Shown here: positions 1-8,499 of the stretch, piece by piece
How positions within the stretch are numbered: the stretch's first letter is position 1
How the letters are laid out: every line of letters begins with the position of its first letter
From: Acidobacteriota bacterium
GTDB lineage: Bacteria > Acidobacteriota > UBA6911 > RPQK01 > JAJDTT01
Assembly (NCBI GenBank): GCA_965209055.1
Contig: OZ242374.1
Coordinates: forward strand, 5,696,001-5,760,000
DNA: 64,000 bases
Direction of reading: 5' to 3'
Notes under the pieces: model-generated
The model's database searches: none
What the model saw: only the letters and a program-made list of their open reading frames with translations
Told to the model about the DNA's origin: nothing
Program-made: the position numbers and the translations under genes

Positions 1-1
1 G

Positions 2-406
2 AAGGGCAACTGGACGCTTGTGGGTTGGGACCACCTGCGGCAGGGGCTTCGCTGCTTCGTCCTCTCGCGCATGAGCGAGGTCATCGTCAACCGGAGGCGT
101 CCGGGGAGTCCCGACTACACGATTCCCAGTGATTTCTCCCTGAAGCCGTATCAGAATCAGCAGCCCTGGGAACTCGCCATCCATGAGCCGGTTCGGGTTT
201 CGGTGGAGGTTTCCGAGCATCGGCTTCCCGAACTGCTCCCCCAGTTGACTCGCGCCGTTCCCACGGGTGAGAACCGATTCGACATCGAAGTGACCCACCG
301 CTCCGGCTTCATCTCCTGGATTCTGGAATTGAAGACCGATGCCCGGGTGCTGGCTCCGGCGGAGATGCGAAACGAGATCGCCCGGACGCTTCGCAATCTG
401 TTATGA
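2..406 (+). CDS. WYL-domain transcriptional regulator, PafB-like (5' truncated by window edge)
   Basis: Frame is open from base 2: KGNWTLVGWDHLRQGLRCFVLSRM matches the WYL core (W-x-L-x-G...R-x-F-x-x-x-R). It ends in a WCX-like tail (FISWILE...ARVLAPAEMRNEI). The stop overlaps the next start (ATGA at 403-406). Confidence 0.85.
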   Translation, partial: KGNWTLVGWDHLRQGLRCFVLSRMSEVIVNRRRPGSPDYTIPSDFSLKPYQNQQPWELAIHEPVRVSVEVSEHRLPELLPQLTRAVPTGENRFDIEVTHRSGFISWILELKTDARVLAPAEMRNEIARTLRNLL

Positions 407-1371
407 ACGTCGCCGACCGGATCAACCGCATACTCCTGATCATGAGCTACGTCTCCCAGAACCAGGGAATCTGGTTGGACGATCTCGCCAAAAAGGTGGA
501 GATGCGCCCCCAGGACCTGCTGAAGGAGATGGAATTCATGCTCCTCATCGGCAAGCCTCCGTTTCGGCCCGACGACTACGTGGACATCTACGTGGAAGAC
601 CGGCGCGTCTTCATCGAGTTCGACCAGATGTTGAACCGCCCCCTGCGCTTTACCCGGTCCGAAGCCGTGGCGTTGCTGGTCTCTCTCCAGTTGCTGGACC
701 CGGAAGTCGATCCTCGTGCCGTCAGATCGCTGAAGAGCAAGATCCAACAGGCCATCACCCACTCGGAGGACTCCCGTTCCCGGATCGAGAATCGGGTCGT
801 CGTGGACCGGCCGTCCCGACCCGTCTCCGAACACTTTGCGCTCTTGCGCCAAGCCGTCGAGGAACACTTCAAGGTGCGGATCGACTACTATTCCCTGACC
901 CGGAACGAGACCTTGAGCCGCAACGTTCGCCCCTACTACCTGACCAAGCGCCTGGGCTACTGGTACCTGGAGGGCTATTGCGAACTCCGGCGTGACGTGC
1001 GGACCTTCAAGTTCGACCGGGTCCTGGCGGTGGACCTGTTGAACGACTCCTTCTCCCCCCCCGAGGGCGTGGACGTGCGCGGGGTCGGAAACAACTTCCT
1101 TCGGTTCCCCGGAGATCGCAAGATGCGCGTCTATTTCGACGCGGACGCGGCTCCCTGGATCAAGGAGCAATGGGGCGATTCGGTGGAACCGGCAGAGGAC
1201 GGGGGAGTGGTCCTTACCCTGGAGAGTGAAACCCTGGAGTTCCCTTCCCGCCTGGTCTTGAGCAACGCCCCTCACGCCCGGCCCTTGAGCCCTCCCGAAT
1301 TGATCGAGAAGGTCCAAAGGGATGCCAGAAGGGTACTGGCCCTGTACGATGCGCCGGTCTCGGCTTCATGA
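403..1371 (+). CDS. pafC: WYL-domain transcriptional regulator, PafC-like (HTH-WYL-WCX)
   Basis: N-terminal wHTH (DRINRILLIMSYV...LDDLAK...GKPPFRPDDYVDI...RPLRFTRSEAVALL) is typical of PafC. WYL core YWYLEGYCELRRDVRTFKFDRV; WCX tail. Confidence 0.85.
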   Translation: MNVADRINRILLIMSYVSQNQGIWLDDLAKKVEMRPQDLLKEMEFMLLIGKPPFRPDDYVDIYVEDRRVFIEFDQMLNRPLRFTRSEAVALLVSLQLLDPEVDPRAVRSLKSKIQQAITHSEDSRSRIENRVVVDRPSRPVSEHFALLRQAVEEHFKVRIDYYSLTRNETLSRNVRPYYLTKRLGYWYLEGYCELRRDVRTFKFDRVLAVDLLNDSFSPPEGVDVRGVGNNFLRFPGDRKMRVYFDADAAPWIKEQWGDSVEPAEDGGVVLTLESETLEFPSRLVLSNAPHARPLSPPELIEKVQRDARRVLALYDAPVSAS

Positions 1372-1458
1372 ATGTGGACTGATGACCGGCATGCACTCGG
1401 CGGCCCGGCGGGAAATGCAGGGCGGAAGGCAACCCAAACAAGGATGGAGAGCGTCATC

Positions 1459-2019
1459 ATGAATAAGACAGCGCGAAGAGGCGTGGTGCCGATCTGTATG
1501 GTTTTCCTGGCTCTGTCCTGCGGACCGGTTTCCGACGAGGGCGACTCGACCGGACCCGAAGGGGCAATGGAGGCCGATACCGGTCTGGCGGCGGCCGCCA
1601 TTCTCCATCCCACCGAAGGAAACGACACCGAAGGAATCGTCGCCTTCGAGGAGATGGGTGGTGGAATCCACGTCATGGCTCACGTGACCGGACTGTCGCC
1701 GGGGCGATACGGCCTGCACGTGCACGAGGTGGGCGATTGCAGCTCGGGGGACGGAGCCGGCGCGGGCGCAATTTTCGACCCCGAAGGATCCGGCTCCGGG
1801 ACTCCCGCCGGTCAATTGGGCGAGATCGAAGCCGACGAAAGCGGAATGGCGCACTTCATGACCGACGTTCACCAGATCGCCCTGTCGGAGGGGCCTCGAT
1901 CGGTGGTCGGACGCTCGGTGGTCATCATGACGGCCGGAGGAGAGACCGTCGCAACCTTGGCTTGCGGCGTCATAGAACCGCAGGCGCCCGGCGCCATGCG
2001 CGAGGGTTCCGGATTCTGA
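1459..2019 (+). CDS. Cu/Zn superoxide dismutase-family lipoprotein with degenerate active site
   Basis: GLSPGRYGLHVHEVGDCS, SVVGRSVVI and LACGVI motifs; lipobox LALSC; GGAGAG upstream of ATG 1459. Most metal ligands are missing (see findings). Confidence 0.85.
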   Translation: MNKTARRGVVPICMVFLALSCGPVSDEGDSTGPEGAMEADTGLAAAAILHPTEGNDTEGIVAFEEMGGGIHVMAHVTGLSPGRYGLHVHEVGDCSSGDGAGAGAIFDPEGSGSGTPAGQLGEIEADESGMAHFMTDVHQIALSEGPRSVVGRSVVIMTAGGETVATLACGVIEPQAPGAMREGSGF

Positions 2020-2099
2020 TCTCGAACTTCCCGTAGACCGGGCCGGCTCCGGAGAATCCGACCGGCTCCGCAACCGCCCGAATGCTCCGCCTCGAGCGT

Positions 2100-2582
2100 T
2101 CAGTCCGAGACTTTGAACTCAGCCGTCAACCTCTTGTTGCCCCAGTCCGCCCTCAATCTGGCCCCGCCGGTGTTCTGCCCGTACCTGCTGCGGAGGAGAT
2201 AGATGGTAAACGTCTCGACGTTGGCGTCGACGACTTCCGTCTTGATGGGAACCACCAACTCGCCTCCATTCAAGAGCAACTCCCACTGGTCGGGACCGAT
2301 GCACTTGGCCTGCAGCTTGTAATCGCCAGCGGGAATCGAGACTCCGCCGGAGACGAGATTCGCTTCCGTCTTCATGGTGGTGGGCGCGTTCATGCCCATG
2401 CGCCAGACCATTTCCGGTTTGGCCATGCCCAGCATGTCGCGGCCCCGCAAAGAGGGACGCCCATACTCGATTGAGACCTTCTTCCCCTTCAAGGTCACCT
2501 CGGCGGTCCCGCGGAGATCCTGCTGGGCCTCCAGAGAGAACTGAGTCATAAGAACTGCTGCAATGACGAGAGCTTTCTTCAT
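2100..2582 (-). CDS. DUF2911-family secreted protein
   Basis: Signal peptide MKKALVIAAVL; family-like motifs SIEYGRPSLRGR, VWRMGMN, IPAGDY, LRADWG. Start reset to ATG 2582 after GAGGAGA. Confidence 0.85.
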   Translation of the reverse strand: MKKALVIAAVLMTQFSLEAQQDLRGTAEVTLKGKKVSIEYGRPSLRGRDMLGMAKPEMVWRMGMNAPTTMKTEANLVSGGVSIPAGDYKLQAKCIGPDQWELLLNGGELVVPIKTEVVDANVETFTIYLLRSRYGQNTGGARLRADWGNKRLTAEFKVSD

Positions 2583-2735
2583 GGATCTTCTCCTCGATCG
2601 ATTCCTTGGTGGAACGTGCCCACTCGACCCGGCGCCGGCGGCCGCCACAGGTTATTGGACGCGCAGAATCACACAACATTTTTGGGCCGGCGTCAATTCG
2701 AGCCGAGGACACCATCGACCTGACCGGCACTGACG

Positions 2736-2923
2736 TTGACTGACCAGAATCCGGCAGAATATGTTCGACCAGGGTTGAACAACTTCGGAGTTGGACATGG
2801 CGGCACCGGCAGAGAGCCGCTCCGCGGCAACCTGGAGGCTGGGCAGGCCGCGTCTACATCTCGGAAGACTTTGACGGGCCCCTGCCGCCGGAGATCCTGC
2901 TGTCTTTGGAAGGACAGATATGA
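2736..2923 (+). pseudogene. Internally deleted copy of the downstream antitoxin gene with its promoter
   Basis: 2736-2799 mirrors 3010-3073 (TTGAC -35, 18 bp, -10, operator-like segment, GGAG, ATG). 2807-2923 encodes RQRAAPRQPGGWAGRVYISEDFDGPLPPEILLSLEGQI*, homologous to the antitoxin C-terminus but out of frame with ATG 2797. Confidence 0.85.
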
Positions 2924-3009
2924 ACTCAGAAAAACAGACTGCCCCCTTGGTTCCGCCCCCCACCGGCAGGCTCTCGCAGGGACCGCATACCGGTAAGCGA
3001 AGAGTCCCG

Positions 3010-3056
3010 TTGACCGACGAAAGCCCACCGGTCTATACTTGACCAAGGTTGACCAA
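3010..3056 (+). promoter_or_regulatory. Sigma70-type promoter and putative autoregulatory operator of the TA operon
   Basis: TTGACC (3010-3015), 18 bp, TATACT (3034-3039); tandem TTGACCAA-GG-TTGACCAA (3039-3056) over the predicted start site. Confidence 0.7.
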
Positions 3057-3070
3057 TCTTGGAGTTCCAG

Positions 3071-3316
3071 ATGCCTGAAACCGTCTACAATCTGTACGAA
3101 GCAAAATCATCTCTTTCTCGCCTCGTCGATCGGGCCGCTGGAGGAGAGGAGATCATCATCGCCAAGTCCGGTAAACCCTTGGCGCGTCTGGGTCCCCTCC
3201 GGCAAAGAGTCGCTCAGCGCAAGCCCGGAGGCTGGGAAGGCCGCGTTTACATCTCGGAAGACTTTGACGAGCCTCTGCCGCCGGAGATTCTGTCGGCTTT
3301 CGAAGGACAGGGATAG
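3071..3316 (+). CDS. Type II antitoxin, Phd/YefM family
   Basis: MPETVYNLYEAKSSLSRLVDRAAGGEEIIIAKSGKPLARLGP Phd signature; C-terminal ISEDFDEPLP; GGAG upstream. Confidence 0.92.
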   Translation: MPETVYNLYEAKSSLSRLVDRAAGGEEIIIAKSGKPLARLGPLRQRVAQRKPGGWEGRVYISEDFDEPLPPEILSAFEGQG

Positions 3317-3318
3317 AA

Positions 3319-3690
3319 TTGCTGCTGCTGGATACCCATGTCTTCCTGTGGTGGCGAAGCCGACCCTCCAAGATACCCCCGGCGGTGACCAGGAATATTG
3401 CGGTTGCAGAGGTCGTCTTCGTAAGCGCGGCTTCTGCCTGGGAAACCGCGATCAAAGTTGCCCTGGGGAAGCTCAGGCTTCCTGAGAATTTCGAATCGGG
3501 CGTCGCCAAAAGCGGATTCCGGCAATTGCCCATCGGCCTTGGCCACGCGGCCCGGGTTTCAGATCTGCCTCCTCACCACCAGGATCCCTTCGATCGCATG
3601 CTGGTTGCCCAGGCCCAGTCGGAGGGCCTGACCCTGGTCAGCCATGATCGACACTTGGCACCCTACGACGTGCCCATCCTCTGGGTTTGA
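3319..3690 (+). CDS. vapC: Type II toxin, VapC/PIN-domain ribonuclease
   Basis: LLLDTHVFLW, SAASAWE, HQDPFDRMLVAQA and LVSHD PIN motifs; immediately after the antitoxin (TTG start). Confidence 0.93.
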   Translation: MLLLDTHVFLWWRSRPSKIPPAVTRNIAVAEVVFVSAASAWETAIKVALGKLRLPENFESGVAKSGFRQLPIGLGHAARVSDLPPHHQDPFDRMLVAQAQSEGLTLVSHDRHLAPYDVPILWV

Positions 3691-3797
3691 TCCCCGGTCC
3701 CGGAACGGCTCTCCGTGGATGGCCGGCCCGGCCGAATCCAGGATCCGGAAAACCGAGGTCATCCGTCATGGAGCGGGCAGCAGGCATTCCGTCGAGA

Positions 3798-5273
3798 TCA
3801 TAACGTCCAACCGGAACGGTATTCCTTGCGCAGCAACGCATTGGCCTCGGGAGAATTGGCGACCCGCAGGTTGTCCGCGTCCCAGTCGAGTTTGGCTCCG
3901 GTGCGGTAGGCAACGGCGCCCAGGTTGACCGCCTCCGAGATGGGGCCGGAATAGCCGAAATGGCAGCTCGTCGGACTCCCGGACTTGCAAGCGGCAATCC
4001 ACTCGGCGCGATGGCCGACTTCAGAAGTTCGCCGCCACGATTCGTGGTGCTTGTAGGCAGCCATCCACTCCGGGCGGCGGCCGATTTCCGCGCCGATGGA
4101 CGGGGTAATGCTCGGCTTGGGCGGCACGAAGCCCTTGAACTTCTCCGCAGGCCAGAGCATCCGCTGCGGGTAGTTCACCAGCAGCATTCCTTCGGTCCCC
4201 ACGAAGACGCCCCAGGGCCAGTCGGGGAAGTCGTTTTCCGCAAAAACCGGCGGCGGCTGACTGCCTTGCGTCCAGGTCAGGGTCACCGGCGGCATCTCGC
4301 CGCGGGCGGGGAACCGGTAACGGACATGGAGCCGCTCGGGAACCGTCTCAGGATGCGGTGGCGGACCCTCCGCCTCCACCGAGTCGGGATAGCGGAGCTT
4401 CAGAGCCCAGAAGGCCAAGTTGAAGAAATGGGTGGCGGCGTTGCCCAGACTGCCGGTGCCGAAATCCCACCAGCGCTGCCAGTTGCCGCCGCAACCCCGA
4501 GAATAGGTGGGGTGATAGGCGCGGTAAGGAGCCGCCCCCAGGAAAAGGTCCCAATGAAGCCCTTCGGGGACAGGTGGAGTCTCGGTCGGACGGTCAATCG
4601 GCTTGCGTCCCGAGCGGACCCAAATATGGCAACTCTTCACCGTACCGATGGCTCCGCCGCGGACCAATTCGACGATGCGGCGGTAGTTGCCCGAAGCGTG
4701 GATCTGGGTTCCCAACTGGGTCGCCACCTGCTTCTCCGCGGCCACCCTGGCCAGCATACGGGCCTCGAAGACCGAAATGGCTCCCGGCTTCTCGCAGTAG
4801 ACGTGCTTGCCGCGCCGCATGGCCGCAACACTGGCCGGAGCATGGGTGTGGTCCGGAGTGCTCACCACCACGGCGTCGATCTGGCGGTCCAGCTCGTCGA
4901 GCATCTGCCGGTAATCGTGGAACTTCTTAGCTTGTCCATAGCGGGCGAGGGCGTGCCCGGGAGGATTCCGGCGCCTCGGAGCCGAAGCTGCCGCCGACCG
5001 TTCGTCAGTGTCGCAGAGAGCTACGATGTTCTCCCCGGTCATCTCCGGCTGCGAAGCCGGCTTGATTCTCATGCCCGTCACATACTCCACGTTCTCCCCC
5101 GCCATGTGGGCGAGGTTCCACGCTCCCATGCCACCGACGCCGACAGCGGCGATATTGAGCTTTTCGTTGGCAGGGTAGCCCCACACCGAACGGCTGTCGC
5201 GAAGAATCACGAAGCCCGCCGCAGCGCGGCCCGCAGTGCTGAGAAAACGTCGCCGTTTCAACTGGTTGGCCAC
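3798..5273 (-). CDS. Tat-exported Gfo/Idh/MocA oxidoreductase (tandem copy 1)
   Basis: KRRRFL Tat motif, VGVGGMG Rossmann motif, STPDHTH, HVYCEKP, WDLFLG, WWDFG. Confidence 0.92.
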   Translation of the reverse strand: MANQLKRRRFLSTAGRAAAGFVILRDSRSVWGYPANEKLNIAAVGVGGMGAWNLAHMAGENVEYVTGMRIKPASQPEMTGENIVALCDTDERSAAASAPRRRNPPGHALARYGQAKKFHDYRQMLDELDRQIDAVVVSTPDHTHAPASVAAMRRGKHVYCEKPGAISVFEARMLARVAAEKQVATQLGTQIHASGNYRRIVELVRGGAIGTVKSCHIWVRSGRKPIDRPTETPPVPEGLHWDLFLGAAPYRAYHPTYSRGCGGNWQRWWDFGTGSLGNAATHFFNLAFWALKLRYPDSVEAEGPPPHPETVPERLHVRYRFPARGEMPPVTLTWTQGSQPPPVFAENDFPDWPWGVFVGTEGMLLVNYPQRMLWPAEKFKGFVPPKPSITPSIGAEIGRRPEWMAAYKHHESWRRTSEVGHRAEWIAACKSGSPTSCHFGYSGPISEAVNLGAVAYRTGAKLDWDADNLRVANSPEANALLRKEYRSGWTL

Positions 5274-5382
5274 TATTCCTCCTCCATCAGCATCCGGCCG
5301 TTCCGAATGCGGACCCGAATCTCGAGATTACATTCTCCCCGGAGTTCGAAACAGGCAGTCCTCTTCCGGTTTCCCTTTGAGT

Positions 5383-6858
5383 TCACAACGTCCAACCGGA
5401 ACGGTATTTCTTTCGCAGCAGCGCGTCGGCCTCCGGAGAGTTGGCGACCCGCAGGTTGTCCGCGTCCCAGTCGAGTTTGGCGCCGGTGCGATAGGCGACG
5501 CTCCCCAGCATGACCGCCTCCGAGATGGGGCCGGAAGCGCCGAAGTTGCAGCCCGTCGGGCTCCCGGTTTTGCAGGCGGCGATCCACTCGGCGCGATGGC
5601 CGACTTCAGCCGTCCGACGCCAGTCCGGGTGGTTCTTGTACGCGGCTACCCATGGAGCGCGAAGGCCGATCTCCGCACCGATGGAAGGCGGGATGCTCGG
5701 TTCGGGCGGCTCGAAGTGTGCGAACTTTTTCTCAGGCCAGAGCATCCGCTGCCCGTAGCTTGCCAGCAGCATTCCCTCGGTGCCCACAAAAACGCCCCAG
5801 GCCCATTTGGGGAAGTCGTTCTCCGCAAACACCGGCGGCGGCTGACTTCCGTGGGTCCAGGTCAGGATGACCGGCGGCATCTCTCCGCGGGCCGGGAACC
5901 GGTAGCGGACATGAAGCTGCCCCGGTGCCGTCTCTGGGTGGGGTGGCGGCCCCTGGGCCTCCACCGAGACCGGATAGCGGAGATCCAATGCGCGGAAGGC
6001 CGGCGTCAGGTAGTGGCAACCCATGTTGCCGAAGCTGCCGGAGCCGAAATCCCACCACCGATGCCAGTTGCCGCCGCAACCGCGGGAATAGGTGGGGTGG
6101 TAGGGACGGTAAGGCGCCGGTCCCAGGAAAAGATCCCAGTGAAGCCCTTTGGGGACGGGTGGCGACTCGGGCGGGCGGTCACTCGCACCGCGTCCCGAGC
6201 GGAGCCAGATGTGGCACTCCTCCACCGCGCCGATGGCTCCGGCGCGAATCAGTTCGACGACGCGGCGGTGGTTGTCCGAGGCGTGCATCTGGGTTCCCAA
6301 TTGCGTCGCCACCTGCTTCTCGGCGGCCACCTTGGCCATCATGCGAGCCTCGAAGACCGAATCGGCGCCCGGCTTCTCGCAGTAGACGTGCTTCCCGCGC
6401 CGCATCGCCGCAACACTCGCCGGAGCGTGGTTGTGGTTCGGAGTGCTCACGACCACGGCATCGATCTGGCGATCCAACTCGTCGAGCATCCTCCGGTAAT
6501 CGTTGAATTTCCTGGCTCGTCCATAGCGGGCGAAGGCGTGGCTCGGAGGATTCCGGCGTCCCGGAGTCAATTCGGCCACCGACCGCTCGTCCACGTCGCA
6601 GAGAGCTACGATGTTCTCCCCGGTCATTTCCGGCTGTGAAGCCGGCTTGACTCTCATGCCCGACCGGAACTCCACGTTCTCCCCCGCTATGTGGACGAGG
6701 TTCCATCCTCCCATTCCGCCGGCGCCGATAACGGCGACGTCGAGCTTCTCATTGGCCGGGTAGCCCCAGACCGAACGGCTGTTGGGGAGAATCACCAACC
6801 CCGCCGCTGCACGGCCCGTAGTGGCGAGAAAACTCCGGCGCTTCCACTGATTCGTCAT
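5383..6858 (-). CDS. Tat-exported Gfo/Idh/MocA oxidoreductase (tandem copy 2)
   Basis: KRRSFL Tat motif, IGAGGMG, STPNHNH, HVYCEKP, GNMGCH. Same length (491 aa) and collinear with copy 1. Confidence 0.92.
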   Translation of the reverse strand: MTNQWKRRSFLATTGRAAAGLVILPNSRSVWGYPANEKLDVAVIGAGGMGGWNLVHIAGENVEFRSGMRVKPASQPEMTGENIVALCDVDERSVAELTPGRRNPPSHAFARYGRARKFNDYRRMLDELDRQIDAVVVSTPNHNHAPASVAAMRRGKHVYCEKPGADSVFEARMMAKVAAEKQVATQLGTQMHASDNHRRVVELIRAGAIGAVEECHIWLRSGRGASDRPPESPPVPKGLHWDLFLGPAPYRPYHPTYSRGCGGNWHRWWDFGSGSFGNMGCHYLTPAFRALDLRYPVSVEAQGPPPHPETAPGQLHVRYRFPARGEMPPVILTWTHGSQPPPVFAENDFPKWAWGVFVGTEGMLLASYGQRMLWPEKKFAHFEPPEPSIPPSIGAEIGLRAPWVAAYKNHPDWRRTAEVGHRAEWIAACKTGSPTGCNFGASGPISEAVMLGSVAYRTGAKLDWDADNLRVANSPEADALLRKKYRSGWTL

Positions 6859-6998
6859 TTTTCCTTCTCCATCAGCATTTGGCTGTTCCGTGAGAACTGA
6901 CTTGGATGACTCGGCAATATTGCTCCAACGTCCGAACCTGGGTCAATGGGTTTCGACTTTACTTGACAGCATCGCCGGGGATCTGCCAGTTCTTCCAC

Positions 6999-8348
6999 GT
7001 GCAGGCCCGGCACCTGATCCTCCTCGGCATGGTGATCGCCGCGTCGGTCCCTGCCTGCAAAATGGAGACCGGCACCCGCCAGGATCGTCCCAACTTCATC
7101 CTGATCCTGGCGGACGATCTCGGCTACGAAACTCTGGGCGCCTACGGCGGACGCTCCTACTCGACGCCGATGCTGGACCGCCTCGCCCGCCAGGGGATTC
7201 GCTTCGACCACGCCTATTCCCAGCCGCTCTGCACCAACACCCGCGTGCAATTGATGACGGGGCGCTATCAGCACCGTTACTGGCAAGGCTTCGGAATCCT
7301 GCCGAAAGGGGAGCGGACGTTCGGCCATCTGATGCAGGAGGCGGGCTACCGGACGCTGATCTCCGGCAAATGGCAACTGCACAGCTACGACCCGGTGGAC
7401 TATCCCGGGGCGGCCGTGAGACGGGGGACCGGGATGCGGGGCGCCGATTCGGGATTCGACGAATATCTGCTCTGGCATGCCTGGCACACCGAGGACAAGG
7501 GATCGCGGTACGCGAACCCCACTTACGACCTCAATGGCAAGCTGGTCCGGGAGCAGACGGGGGCTTACGGGCCGGACCTCTTCGTGGAATACATCAACGA
7601 TTTCGTAGAGCGGAACCGGGACGGCCCGTTCTTTGTGTACTACCCAATGGCGCTCCCGCACGACCCCTTCGTACCCACTCCCGACAGCCCCCAATGGCAG
7701 GACGAATCCCAGCGCCACGAGCAGGACAAGGCCTACTTTGCCGACATGGTCGCCTACATGGACAAGCTGGTCGGTAGTATCGTGGCCAACCTGGACCGGC
7801 TCGACCTGCGCCAGCGGACTCTGGTCCTGTTCTACGCCGACAACGGCACCCACAGGATGATTTCTTCGCAACTTGGAAACCGGACGGTCCAGGGAGGCAA
7901 GGGAAAGACCACCGATGCCGGAACCCGAGTCCCGATGATCGCCAGTTGGCCCGGCACCGTTCCGGCCGGCGTGGTCTCACAGGATCTCATCGACTCGGTG
8001 GATATCTATCCGACTTTGGCGGAACTGGCAGGCTACCGGCTTCCGGACGAGCCCCCGATCGACGGCGCCAGCTTCGCGGATCGCTTGTTGGGCCGTAACG
8101 GCCGTTCCCGCGACTGGGTCTTCATGCACTTCGAGCCGAGGCCGGGATGGGACAAGGACAAGTACTCGCAACTCACGTTCGTTCGCGATCGGCAATACAA
8201 GCTGTACGGCAATGGAGAACTCTTCGATGTCGAATCCGATGTGCTGGAAGCCGATCCCATCCAGATGTCCCAGCGCACCGAGGAGCAGCGGCGGATCACC
8301 GGGAAGTTTCAGGCCGTGCTGGAGAGGCTCGAGGGCCGGGAGGAATGA
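6999..8348 (+). CDS. Sulfatase (S1, formylglycine-dependent family), probable lipoprotein
   Basis: PNFILILADDLG, SQPLCTNTRVQLMTG, GKWQL, ADNG, GTRVPMI. Start uncertain (GTG 6999 or ATG 7030); lipobox-like VPAC. Confidence 0.9.
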   Translation: MQARHLILLGMVIAASVPACKMETGTRQDRPNFILILADDLGYETLGAYGGRSYSTPMLDRLARQGIRFDHAYSQPLCTNTRVQLMTGRYQHRYWQGFGILPKGERTFGHLMQEAGYRTLISGKWQLHSYDPVDYPGAAVRRGTGMRGADSGFDEYLLWHAWHTEDKGSRYANPTYDLNGKLVREQTGAYGPDLFVEYINDFVERNRDGPFFVYYPMALPHDPFVPTPDSPQWQDESQRHEQDKAYFADMVAYMDKLVGSIVANLDRLDLRQRTLVLFYADNGTHRMISSQLGNRTVQGGKGKTTDAGTRVPMIASWPGTVPAGVVSQDLIDSVDIYPTLAELAGYRLPDEPPIDGASFADRLLGRNGRSRDWVFMHFEPRPGWDKDKYSQLTFVRDRQYKLYGNGELFDVESDVLEADPIQMSQRTEEQRRITGKFQAVLERLEGREE

Positions 8349-8499
8349 CCGGGCGACGCCGATCCGGCTGCGTTTTGTGACGCAGAATTCGGATCTCTTT
8401 TCGATCCGGGTTCGGGAAGGCCCAGACAAGGGGCGAATGACGAGGCCGAATGGGATACTCCCGTTGCGGCACAGGTTCCTTCAACCTGGAGGATAGACG

